The notes under the pieces: model-generated
What the model saw: the letters and a program-made list of their open reading frames with translations, nothing else
Told to the model about the DNA's origin: nothing
Databases searched by the model: none
In this document: positions 1 through 8,663 of the stretch, one piece after another
Numbering within the stretch: the stretch's first letter is position 1
Layout of the letters: the number at the start of each line of letters is the position of its first letter
DNA from: an uncultured Gammaproteobacteria bacterium
Lineage (GTDB): Bacteria; Patescibacteriota; Patescibacteriia; UBA9934
DNA: 64,000 bases
Reading direction: 5' to 3'
Assembly: GCA_964552565.1 (NCBI GenBank)
Contig: CAZKGL010000001.1
Coordinates: forward strand, 119,649 to 183,648
Program-made: the position numbers and the translations under genes

Positions 1-276
1 TTATTTTACTTATTTCTGCTAGTATCACCTGTTGTTTGCTTTCCTCATGCCCCCTCACATCAGGGGTGGATGCCAACGGCAGTGATTCGTGAAGCCACCT
101 ATCAGCGGCCAAGGTCATAGGCCTTGGACAATGGCGAGAGTAACCTCGTCCCAGTCCGGATTCCCTCATGGGATGAAGCAGGAGCTGAAAGTAATCGCCT
201 CGGCGGTGAATTGGTAACCCCTTCACGAAAAGCCTGCGGGTAGAAAAAGAAACCGAACCCTGTTGCACAACAGGGT

Positions 277-621
277 ATGAGGAAAAACTTCCTTCCGAGC
301 GGCAATGACGCTTTCGTCTGTAATTATTGCGGACGAAACGTAGAACCGCTTACATCGGGGAGCTATCGCAATCATTGTCCGTTCTGCCTTTACGGCAAGC
401 ATGTCGATATCATTCCCGGCGATCGTAGCGAGACCTGCCAAGGGCTCATGCAGCCGGTTGGTGTCGATCATGATAGTAAAAAGGAATGGATCATTGTGTA
501 CAGGTGCGTGAAGTGCGGCATCGTCCGTAGGAACAAGGCCGCACTCGAAGATCGTCAACCAGACGACTTTGAGCTGATCATCGCACTTACCAGCTCCCCA
601 AAACAAAACGGCCTCCGGTAA
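277..621 (+). CDS. RNHCP domain protein (Cys-rich, function unknown)
   Basis: Translation contains the R-N-H-C-P motif (SYRNHCPFC) and CxxC pairs typical of the RNHCP family. The stop codon TAA sits in the loop of a terminator hairpin. Confidence 0.55.
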   Translation: MRKNFLPSGNDAFVCNYCGRNVEPLTSGSYRNHCPFCLYGKHVDIIPGDRSETCQGLMQPVGVDHDSKKEWIIVYRCVKCGIVRRNKAALEDRQPDDFELIIALTSSPKQNGLR

Positions 622-657
622 GGAGGTCGTTTTGTGCGGAAGGCGTTGCAACCCATT

Positions 658-1226
658 TTATGGCTGCTGGATTAGCCGGATGAGCTCTGCTTCCGCCTCC
701 TCGGGGCTACTAAACGACGGATAACCATGCTTCTCAGCTTCTACGGCGTAACGAGGGCGCTCTATGTTAAAGAAGGCATCCGCCTCAAGGCGCTGAAGCT
801 CCTCAGTTGTGCCCCAACGGGGCTCAGCCTTCAGACGATCGAATGTTTCCTCTTCTGAACGGCCAAGAAGAGTAATGCCTTTGATGGGTAGTTGCCGCAT
901 GAGATGCGGCAAGAGATTTACGCCCTCGAAGATGGTCGGTTTTCTGATGCGAGGATTTCTTCAATCTTTTGTTTCTTTGTCGGCCAAAAGGCTTCCGACT
1001 GGTTCACGATATTTTGCCATTGTACTTCGGGAGGGGTTGCTGGGTAGTACTCGGCTTCGTTTGTATTCCAGAAGAAGTTTACCCACGACTCGAGGGTCGG
1101 GTCGTTCTTCATCTCGTCACGGACGGCGTCCATTTTCATCCATGAGATACCAAGAGCATCAGCGACTTTCTTGGCGAGATAACTTTTTCCGGCTGTGGGG
1201 ATACCAGTAATGAATACGGAGTTCAT
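658..1226 (-). pseudogene. P-loop NTPase/kinase split by a frameshift (ORFs 918..1226 and 658..912)
   Basis: The upstream ORF carries a Walker A motif (GIPTAGKS) but is only 102 aa. The contiguous downstream ORF (84 aa) is in another frame and lacks its own N-terminal domain. Together they are about 190 aa, consistent with a small AAA/cytidylate-kinase-like enzyme. This may be a true pseudogene or a sequencing frameshift. Confidence 0.4.
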
Positions 1227-1227
1227 A

Positions 1228-2205
1228 CTAGCTGCTGATTACCCGCTCCAACCAGTCTGTATTACAGTACGTTCCAAACTTTTCATTGAATTTCCCGAAG
1301 GCGCCGTCATCGAGGCTACTCACAAGCACGTCGCCCATGTAAAGCCTTAGGCGCGTGACGAGGTCACTTCCCGCAAAGAGTTCGGGGTAATACTTCTTGA
1401 ATAGTGATATCTCGTTACCTAGTCGGTAGTGCTCCCAAAGCGGTTCCGTCTTTTCTTCGACGTAATACTTGGGCGCGAGAAAGAAGTCGAGCATGTGCCA
1501 CAATTCGTAATCTTTCGGCGCTTGTCGGGCAAAGTCAAAATCAATGATGCCAGTGAGCGTATCGCCGTCGTGCAGAATATTCTCGAAATGGAAGTCATTA
1601 TGCACGAGCACCGGAGCGCTGGAATTCTTGAGGATGCCTTTATGTGCTTTATAGAAATCGCTATAAGCCACAAAGTTTTTTCGAGTTTCCGCGTCGAGCT
1701 TTGACTGGTCAATCCTGTCGATGTTTGTCAGGAAATCGAGCGCATTCTCCCAATTAGCAAATTCTCGCGGTCGCATAGACGAGTATGCGCCGAAAGAAAT
1801 ATTATGAAAGATTTTGAGTTGTTCGACGATTTGCGCTATGAGACTTTCGCGCTCACTTTCCGCAAGCAGATGCCAGTCTTCTGATAAATGTTTGCCCGGA
1901 AGTTTTGTCATGAGGAGATAGCTTGCTCCATCAATATTGCCACAATCGATTGCCCGGGGAACCTTCGCCCCGGCCGCACAAGCTTTATTCATGAGTTCAG
2001 GTTGATGAGCTGTAACGTCTAGGTTTTTTTCAATCTTCAAGACGTGATTTTTGCCAATTTCAAAGACCCGATTGATTTGTCCAGCGGTAAATTCCCTAAC
2101 GGGGGTATCAGCCGATAGCCCGTTTTTGGCAATGATTTTTTTTAATCGCATTTCTTCTGTCATATGATTGCACCCATTTTGGCACGCCCCATTCGAAAAT
2201 ACCAC
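1228..2205 (-). CDS. phosphotransferase enzyme family protein (APH/choline-kinase fold)
   Basis: Brenner and activation motifs are present (VHNDFHFENIL ... IIDFDFA), as in aminoglycoside phosphotransferase-like kinases. The start is uncertain: 2205 or the internal ATG at 2164. Confidence 0.7.
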   Translation of the reverse strand: MVFSNGACQNGCNHMTEEMRLKKIIAKNGLSADTPVREFTAGQINRVFEIGKNHVLKIEKNLDVTAHQPELMNKACAAGAKVPRAIDCGNIDGASYLLMTKLPGKHLSEDWHLLAESERESLIAQIVEQLKIFHNISFGAYSSMRPREFANWENALDFLTNIDRIDQSKLDAETRKNFVAYSDFYKAHKGILKNSSAPVLVHNDFHFENILHDGDTLTGIIDFDFARQAPKDYELWHMLDFFLAPKYYVEEKTEPLWEHYRLGNEISLFKKYYPELFAGSDLVTRLRLYMGDVLVSSLDDGAFGKFNEKFGTYCNTDWLERVISS

Positions 2206-2463
2206 CCTTACGGGTTACCGTATTTTTCTTGACAACAAACGACCTCCGGTAAGAGGGTCGTTTTGCATGGACACGTCCCCATGGGTTGCTCCGCACACCG
2301 TCCTTACCGCCATCGCCCCATGTAAACAAAAAGCTCCCGCAATCGAAATATCGATTGGGGAGTGCTTTTTGTGACAACGGGAGCTTGGTATTACTACCAC
2401 CGCATCCGATACATCTAGTTCATCAAACCGATAACACGGTGTCAAATGTGGATAACCTGCACG

Positions 2464-4746
2464 TTACTCTGCAGCCTCTTCTTTCTTCTTCCTACCCTTC
2501 CACGCCCGTTTCGGCGCAGTGCGCTTCTTTGCGAGCATCGCGATCGCTTGTTCGAGCGTCACGTCCTTCGGGTCGGTGTTTTTCGGAATGGTGACGTTGG
2601 TTTTTCCGTCCGTGACGTATGGGCCGTAGCGCCCGTCCTTCACAAGGATGTTCCCCTTGCTCTCCGGGTCCACACCGAGTTCAGCGATCGGCGTCATCAT
2701 CTTCTTTTTCTTTTCGACGCCCTCGGTGCAGATCTGGATAGCGCGCTCGAGCGTAATCGTTGCCGGGCTTTCGGTCGGCGGGAGCGAAATGTTTACTTCG
2801 CCGCACTTGAGGTACGGACCGAAGCGCCCGAGGTTGGCGATGATCTCGTTGCCGTCCGTGTGCGTGCCGACGATGCGGGGCAGCTCGAGGAGCTTCAACG
2901 CCTGCTCGATCGTGATGGTGTCCATGAGGAGGTCCTTCGTCAGCGACGCGCGCTTCGGCTTCGGTTCCTCGTCCGTCACCTCGCCGAGCTGGACATACGG
3001 TCCGAAGCGTCCGGTGCGCACAATGATCTCCATGCCGGACTTTGGATCCTTGCCGAGTTTGCGTTCCTTCATGACGTCGGCGCGGGTGAGGTCTGCGCCC
3101 TTTTCGACGATCTGTTCGTGGAACGGGCCGTAGAACGACGCCATGACCATCTGCCAGTTGTGCGAACCCTCGGCGATCTCGTCGAGCTTCTGTTCCATCT
3201 CGGCGGTGAAGCCGTAGTCGACGATGTTCGGGAAATGGTTCTTGAGGAGGTCGGTGACGATGATCGCGATGTCCGACGGGTACAGCTTCTTGTTGTCGTC
3301 GCGGAGCACATAGCCGCGGTCGATGATCGTCGTCAAGGTCGGCGCGTACGTCGACGGGCGGCCGATGCCGTACTCCTCGAGCGCCTTGATAAGCGTCGCA
3401 TCCGAGTAGCGCGCCGGCGGCTCGGTGAAATGCTGCTCCGGCTTCACCTCCTTCGCCGTACCGATGTCTTCGTCCTCCTTCAGCTCCGGAAGGATCTTGT
3501 CTTCCGCGGCGTGCCACACCTTCATGTAGCCCGGGAACACGACTGTGCTGCCGTTCGCGCGGAACGTGTGGCCGTTGCCCGCGAGGTCGACGCCGGTGCG
3601 GCGGATTTTTGCGGACGGCATCTGGCTCGCGACCGTGCGGCGCCAGATGAGGTCGTACAATTTCCATTCGCCCGTATCGAGCGATTGCTTGAGCGACGCC
3701 GGCACTACGGTAACGTCGGTCGGGCGGATGGCCTCGTGCGCTTCCTGCGCGCCCTTGCTCTTCGTCGCGTACTTCACTGCGCCCTTTGCGTACTCCGCGC
3801 CGAACTCGCTCTTGATATATTCCTGCGCTGCCGAGGTGAACTGTTCGGCGAGGTTCAAGGAGTCGGTACGCATGTACGTGATGCGGCCGGTTTCGTAGAG
3901 TTTTTGCGCCAGCGTCATCGTCTGTTTCGCGCTCATGCCGAGACGGTTGTACGCCTCCTGCTGCAGGGTCGACGTGGTGAGCGGCACCGGCGGCTTGCGC
4001 GAGGCGTCCTTCAACTCGATCTTTTGCACGACAAAATGTGCGTCCTTCACCACGTCGACGATCGCCTTGGCGTCCGCCTCCGTCTTGATGTCGAGTTTGT
4101 CGAGTTTCTTGTCGCCGATCGCGGTCAGCTTCGCCTCGATGGCGGCGCCGGCCTTCTCGAAGACGGCTTCGATGGTCCAGTATTCTTCGCTTGTGAACGC
4201 ATTGCGCTCCTGTTCGCGCTCGACGACGAGGCGCACGGCGACCGACTGCACGCGGCCTGCGGAGAGCCCGCGCTGGACCTTTTTCCACAGGAGCGGGGAG
4301 AGTTCATAACCGACGAGGCGGTCCAAAATGCGGCGCGTCTGCTGCGCGTCGACGAGGCGCATGTCGATATGGCGCGGCTTTTCGAGCGCGTGGTCGATAG
4401 CGTGCTTTGTGATTTCGTGGAATGTGATGCGCTTCGCCGTGGCCGGGTCGAGCTTTAGCACTTCGGCGATGTGCCAGGCAATCGCCTCTCCTTCGCGGTC
4501 TTCGTCAGTTGCGAGGTAGACCTCGTCGGCGTGTTTGGCGGCGTCCTTCAGCGCGGCGACCTTCTGCTTCTTTTCCGTCGGGACCTCATAGGTCGGCGCA
4601 AAGCCATGCTCCACGTCGACTCCGGTCGACTTCTTCGGGAGGTCGCGGATGTGCCCGAATGACGAGAGGATTTTGTAGCCGTTGCCCAGGAACTTTCCAA
4701 TGGTCTTGGCTTTCGTCGGCGACTCAACAATCAAAAGTTTGCTCAT
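2464..4746 (-). CDS. topA: DNA topoisomerase I
   Basis: N-terminus MSKLLIVESPTKAKTIGKFLG (TOPRIM domain). Full-length 760 aa with repeated C-terminal GRFGPY modules. Confidence 0.95.
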   Translation of the reverse strand: MSKLLIVESPTKAKTIGKFLGNGYKILSSFGHIRDLPKKSTGVDVEHGFAPTYEVPTEKKQKVAALKDAAKHADEVYLATDEDREGEAIAWHIAEVLKLDPATAKRITFHEITKHAIDHALEKPRHIDMRLVDAQQTRRILDRLVGYELSPLLWKKVQRGLSAGRVQSVAVRLVVEREQERNAFTSEEYWTIEAVFEKAGAAIEAKLTAIGDKKLDKLDIKTEADAKAIVDVVKDAHFVVQKIELKDASRKPPVPLTTSTLQQEAYNRLGMSAKQTMTLAQKLYETGRITYMRTDSLNLAEQFTSAAQEYIKSEFGAEYAKGAVKYATKSKGAQEAHEAIRPTDVTVVPASLKQSLDTGEWKLYDLIWRRTVASQMPSAKIRRTGVDLAGNGHTFRANGSTVVFPGYMKVWHAAEDKILPELKEDEDIGTAKEVKPEQHFTEPPARYSDATLIKALEEYGIGRPSTYAPTLTTIIDRGYVLRDDNKKLYPSDIAIIVTDLLKNHFPNIVDYGFTAEMEQKLDEIAEGSHNWQMVMASFYGPFHEQIVEKGADLTRADVMKERKLGKDPKSGMEIIVRTGRFGPYVQLGEVTDEEPKPKRASLTKDLLMDTITIEQALKLLELPRIVGTHTDGNEIIANLGRFGPYLKCGEVNISLPPTESPATITLERAIQICTEGVEKKKKMMTPIAELGVDPESKGNILVKDGRYGPYVTDGKTNVTIPKNTDPKDVTLEQAIAMLAKKRTAPKRAWKGRKKKEEAAE

Positions 4747-6017
4747 ACTCGATGCGAACGATAGCCGTGCGACGAGCGCGCGTCAAGAATTTCTTTCTCG
4801 CTTACCCAATGCGTGCGCACTTCGCCGGCCAAGTAGAGCGATCCCGTCACGAGGATGGTGTCACCGCTTTTGGCAGATTGGAGCGCGTGGCGGAGCGCGT
4901 CGTGCGAGAACAAGAACATCTCGCCGCGCGTTGACTTCGGGACGAGGCGGAGCAGCGCCGCGGGGTCCTTTGGCGCGCCGCGCCCGGTGCTATAGCGCGT
5001 CGTGTGGATGACATCGGCAATCGCGGCAAGTTCGGCGACCATCGCCTTTGCATCCTTACCGTCTTTGCAGCCGAAGACGACGTGGACCTTTCCTTTTGCC
5101 GCGCGTCCGAGCATCCGGCACGTCGTGCGCATCTTTGCGACGTTGTGCGCCCCGTCGACGATGACGAGCGGCTTCTTTTGCATCACTTCACACCGGCAGG
5201 GGAGGCCTGTGCTGCGGGCGATCGCGCGTTCGATCGCCGCCATCGGGACGCCCACTGCGCGCGCGGCGGCCGTGGCAACAAGCGCGTTGTGCAGCCGGTG
5301 GTCGTCGTTCGGCGCATCAATCCACTGCACGTCCGCGCCGTGCGTCTTCGCTTCGCGTGCGATGATCGCGCGGATGCCCGGGCGCGCCTCGCCACTCACC
5401 ACGCTGCACCGTCCGGTGATGATGCCCGCCTTCTCGCGCGTGATCGCTTCGAGGCTGTTGCCGAGGAGCTCGGTGTGGTCGAGGTCGATGGTCGTGATGA
5501 CCGCGACGTCTTTTTTGGGGATGACATTCGTCGAATCCCACCGTCCGCCAAGGCCGACCTCCAGCACGCACCACTCCACGCCTTCGAGCACGAACGCGAC
5601 GAGCGCGACGCAGGTCGTCAATTCGAAATAGGTGAGCGGCTGCTTGCCTTCGCGGACGTGCGCTTCGTATGCGGCGAGCACGATGTTCGTCGCCTGCACG
5701 AAACGTTTCGGGTCGAGGAGCTTTTGGCCGACGCGGAAGCGCTCAAGGAGCGTCGTGGTATGCGGCGACATGTAGCTCCCGACCTTCCGGCCGTCCGCAA
5801 GGAGCATCTCGTGGATGAGATGCGTCACGCTGCCTTTGCCGCTCGTGCCCGTGACATGGATGAAGCGCATGCGGCGCTCCGGGTGCTCGAGGCGGGCCAA
5901 CAGCTCGCGGAGGCGCGCCAAAGAATCGCGCAGGCTCTGCGCCGACGAGTGTTTCCAGGGCAGTTCAAGGTTGCCGAGCGATGAAAGGCGTGCGACCGCG
6001 GCGTGGTAGGCGTCCAT
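4743..6017 (-). CDS. folC: Mur ligase family protein, folylpolyglutamate synthase/dihydrofolate synthase-like
   Basis: Motif HVTGTSGKGS, about 424 aa with Mur-ligase middle and C-terminal domains. Overlaps topA by 4 nt. Confidence 0.75.
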   Translation of the reverse strand: MDAYHAAVARLSSLGNLELPWKHSSAQSLRDSLARLRELLARLEHPERRMRFIHVTGTSGKGSVTHLIHEMLLADGRKVGSYMSPHTTTLLERFRVGQKLLDPKRFVQATNIVLAAYEAHVREGKQPLTYFELTTCVALVAFVLEGVEWCVLEVGLGGRWDSTNVIPKKDVAVITTIDLDHTELLGNSLEAITREKAGIITGRCSVVSGEARPGIRAIIAREAKTHGADVQWIDAPNDDHRLHNALVATAAARAVGVPMAAIERAIARSTGLPCRCEVMQKKPLVIVDGAHNVAKMRTTCRMLGRAAKGKVHVVFGCKDGKDAKAMVAELAAIADVIHTTRYSTGRGAPKDPAALLRLVPKSTRGEMFLFSHDALRHALQSAKSGDTILVTGSLYLAGEVRTHWVSEKEILDARSSHGYRSHRV

Positions 6018-6023
6018 AAACGG

Positions 6024-7115
6024 CTACCTTATATAGCGGGAACCGCCGATATGTCTAGCCCAGCCTTCGATTTCCATGACGGTCAGCGTGCTGCCGACAA
6101 GCGGGGTGGGGAGGCCGACGGCGCGGCAAATATCGTCGATATGCAGGGGTTCCATGGTAAGGACGGCGTAGATCGCGGCCGCCTCGGGCGACGCCGGCGA
6201 ACCGGTACGCATAGGCGGGGTCACCGCACCCCGCCGGTCATCGGTCACGCCAAGTACGGACAGGATGTCGTCGGCGCAGGTGGCGACGTGGGCGCCATCG
6301 CGGCAGAGGCGGTTGGTGCCGACCGACGTTGGGGAGGTGATAGGGCCGGGGACGGCGAAGAGCTCGCGGTTTTCGTTGAGTGCGGCCCGGGCGGTGATAA
6401 GCGACCCGGACTGTTCCGCGGCTTCCACAACGAGGGTGGCTTTGCTGAGGCCTGCGATGACGCGGTTGCGGATGGGGAAGTGGTGGGTGAGTGGCGGCAT
6501 CGTTGGCGGGAACTCGCTCATGACGCAGCCGCCTGCGTCGACGATGGCGCGGGCGAGCGCATCTTTGCGCGGCGCATCTTGCCCGTCGAGCCCGCTGGCG
6601 AGGACCGCGATCGTCACCCCGCCGGCGTCGAGCGTCGCCCGGTGCGCCGCTTCATCGATGCCCCATGCAAGGCCGCTCACGATGACGATGCCGCGCGACG
6701 CGAGGTCTCGGCTCATATCATGGGCGACGCGTAAGCCGTAGTCCGTCGCTTTGCGCGACCCGACGACGCCGAGCGTCATGGCGTCGTGCGGCGGCAGCGT
6801 CCCGCGATAAAACAGGACATACGGCGGATCGTGGATCGCCTTGAGGAGCGTGGGGTACCGATCGTCGTCCACACCGACGACGTCGATGCCGCGCGTGGCG
6901 ACATCGTCGGCCAACGCCTGCGGGTTGTGCGCGTTGCGCCACGCGACAAACTTTGCCGCCATCGTCGGCGATAGGCCGCCACGCATGAGTTCGGATTCGG
7001 ACACGCCCCAAACCGCCTCGTCGTCGCCAAGCGTCGCGAGGAGGTTCCGGTGGTGCACGGGGCCGATGTCGAGGTCGCCAAAATGGGCGAGCGCAACGCG
7101 AAAAGGAGAGGTCAT
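6024..7115 (-). CDS. dprA: DNA processing protein DprA (Smf)
   Basis: Rossmann-like core (GVVGSRKAT...IVSGLAWGID...AVLASGLD). Classic dprA-topA linkage. Confidence 0.9.
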   Translation of the reverse strand: MTSPFRVALAHFGDLDIGPVHHRNLLATLGDDEAVWGVSESELMRGGLSPTMAAKFVAWRNAHNPQALADDVATRGIDVVGVDDDRYPTLLKAIHDPPYVLFYRGTLPPHDAMTLGVVGSRKATDYGLRVAHDMSRDLASRGIVIVSGLAWGIDEAAHRATLDAGGVTIAVLASGLDGQDAPRKDALARAIVDAGGCVMSEFPPTMPPLTHHFPIRNRVIAGLSKATLVVEAAEQSGSLITARAALNENRELFAVPGPITSPTSVGTNRLCRDGAHVATCADDILSVLGVTDDRRGAVTPPMRTGSPASPEAAAIYAVLTMEPLHIDDICRAVGLPTPLVGSTLTVMEIEGWARHIGGSRYIR

Positions 7116-7211
7116 TGCCTTATTCTACCATCTCGGCCATTTGCTCATCCGTAGGCGTCAACTGCCGAGTGTTTGCTGTGCTTGCTATAGGTGTATCCGG
7201 GGGAAAGCCAC

Positions 7212-7964
7212 ATGGAGAAGTGGATTCGTATCGGTCTTTTGCTCGGCACGCTTGCCTGGTCGCTCCTCGCGGGCTCCGGCTGCCAGTATGTATTTTCCGC
7301 GGAGTCGTCGAAGACGAGCTGGACCATGCCGGGGCCCGCGCCCGAGCTGCCGCCGGGCGTGCCGCCCGCGGTGCCCGACCTGTCGCGCTACCCGAGCGCC
7401 CAGTCGCGCATCAAGCTCGCCACGCTCGACCATCCGATCGCCGAGGTGAAGCAGATGTACGTCGCGCTCGCGGCGAAGGCGCAGGGGACGCTCCTCGTCG
7501 TCCTCTCGGAGAACCTGAACGACCACGCCGCGTTCGCGGGCCTTCTCGTGAAGCCGCTCAAGGGCAAGGGCCACGAGGCTGCGCTCGTGTTCGACGCGCA
7601 GCGGATGGAGAACGCGGCGACGATCGACGACATCCTCGACGTCTGGGCGACGACCGAGCGCGAGATCGTGCGCTGGAAGCAGCTCATGTTCGACGGGCGT
7701 CCGGCGGCGACCTTCGTCGAGCGGTACGCCGTCGCGACCGACGAGGAGTGCGCCTGGACGTGGAAGGGCGAGCTCGAGGCGAACGCGGCCTACTGCCGCC
7801 GCGCGAACGGATGGGGGCTGCGCCGCAACCCCGAGCTCTGCCCGTGGGTGGGCGACGACGCCGACTTCCGCCACGCGCTGTACCTCGCCATGACCAAGGA
7901 CATGACGCACGCCGAGTGCGTCGCGACCTGGGCGCGGATGGCGGGACACCCCGCGTACCAGTGA
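7212..7964 (+). CDS. hypothetical lipoprotein
   Basis: Signal peptide with lipobox LLAGSGC. Good SD (GGGGGAAAG) 6 nt upstream of the ATG at 7212. Confidence 0.5.
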   Translation: MEKWIRIGLLLGTLAWSLLAGSGCQYVFSAESSKTSWTMPGPAPELPPGVPPAVPDLSRYPSAQSRIKLATLDHPIAEVKQMYVALAAKAQGTLLVVLSENLNDHAAFAGLLVKPLKGKGHEAALVFDAQRMENAATIDDILDVWATTEREIVRWKQLMFDGRPAATFVERYAVATDEECAWTWKGELEANAAYCRRANGWGLRRNPELCPWVGDDADFRHALYLAMTKDMTHAECVATWARMAGHPAYQ

Positions 7965-7988
7965 ACGTCAGAGGCCGGGTGTGAGAGA

Positions 7989-8022
7989 CTCCGAAGCTCA
8001 GCTTCGAAGCTGAGCTTCGGAG
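7989..8022. terminator. 34-bp perfect palindrome between convergent genes (bidirectional terminator-like)
   Basis: CTCCGAAGCTCAGCTTCGAAGCTGAGCTTCGGAG. The core 26 bp recurs at 56174..56199. Confidence 0.5.
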
Positions 8023-8089
8023 GGAGAAATAGCTCGCGATCTGAACCGAGAGGCCGGCATCCCACGCGGGGACGCCGGCCTCAACTCGT

Positions 8090-8662
8090 TTATTGGATCG
8101 TGATCGTCTCTTCTTTCACCCCGTCCGCGAGTGCGCGGTCGATGATATCCTCGACGATCTCCGCTTTTCGCTCCATGAGCGCATGTTCGTCTTTCGAAAA
8201 CTTCTGGAGGACGTATTCCTCGAGCGGCATCTTTTCCGGCGGGGCGCCGATGCCGATGCCGATGCCGATGCGGATGCGGGCGAAGCCTTCGCCGACGTGC
8301 TCGATGATCGATTTGATGCCGTTATGCCCGCCAGCCGAACCGCCGATGCGCACACGTACTTGGTTCGGCTCGATCGCCGCCTCGTCGTACGCGACCCAGA
8401 CGTCTTTCGCTGCGACCTTGTACATTCCGCACAAGGACGCGACCGATTCGCCCGAGAGGTTCATGAAGGTCTGCGGCTTGGCGAGGATGACTTTCTTGCC
8501 GTTCACATTGGCTTCCGCGACCTCCGCCCGCGCCGCCGCATTCGCTTTCCAGCCGAGCTCCCAGCTGTCGGCAAGGTGGTCGACCGCAACAAAGCCTGCG
8601 TTGTGGCGGGTGCGGTCGTATTTCGTGCCGGGGTTGCCAAGGCCGACGATAAGGATGGCCAT
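8090..8662 (-). CDS. pth: peptidyl-tRNA hydrolase
   Basis: MAILIVGLGNPGTKYDRTRHNAGF N-terminus. Contains an in-frame (GCCGAT)4 repeat encoding GIGIGIG. Confidence 0.9.
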   Translation of the reverse strand: MAILIVGLGNPGTKYDRTRHNAGFVAVDHLADSWELGWKANAAARAEVAEANVNGKKVILAKPQTFMNLSGESVASLCGMYKVAAKDVWVAYDEAAIEPNQVRVRIGGSAGGHNGIKSIIEHVGEGFARIRIGIGIGIGAPPEKMPLEEYVLQKFSKDEHALMERKAEIVEDIIDRALADGVKEETITIQ

Positions 8663-8663
8663 A

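Noticed and set aside
1-276. 5' leader tested by eye against RNase P, SRP, 5S/23S ends, and SAM, TPP, FMN and cobalamin riboswitch consensus
   Set aside because: Only short coincidental matches, for example GUCCGGA and GCUGAAAG. It is kept as an unclassified structured leader and not called as a specific RNA family.
2446-4458. Long antisense ORFs opposite real genes. Examples: 2446..4458+, 2681..4288-, 5004..5984+, 7115..7984+, 8100..9428+, 10214..11185+, 11700..12842-, 12424..13458-, 13605..14666-, 14465..15985-, 17374..18111-, 17973..18905-, 18584..20794-, 24362..26353-, 27932..29611-, 33679..35031-, 35345..36592-, 40315..41391-, 42311..43636+, 45595..46668-, 46224..47456-, 50916..52022-, 52207..54459-, 54722..56092-, 56930..58066+, 59098..60462-, 61494..62315-, 62528..63952-.
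   Set aside because: These are typical high-GC shadow ORFs. They are Arg/Gly/Ala/Pro-rich low-complexity translations with no motifs. Each lies opposite an ORF with clear homology and GC3 bias.
8236-8280. Short tandem repeats considered as a possible CRISPR or minisatellite. Also the DTG and DxD coding repeats at 53.4-53.7 kb and 54.8-54.9 kb.
   Set aside because: They are in-frame codon repeats inside genes, with no spacer-repeat architecture. No CRISPR array or cas genes are present in the window.
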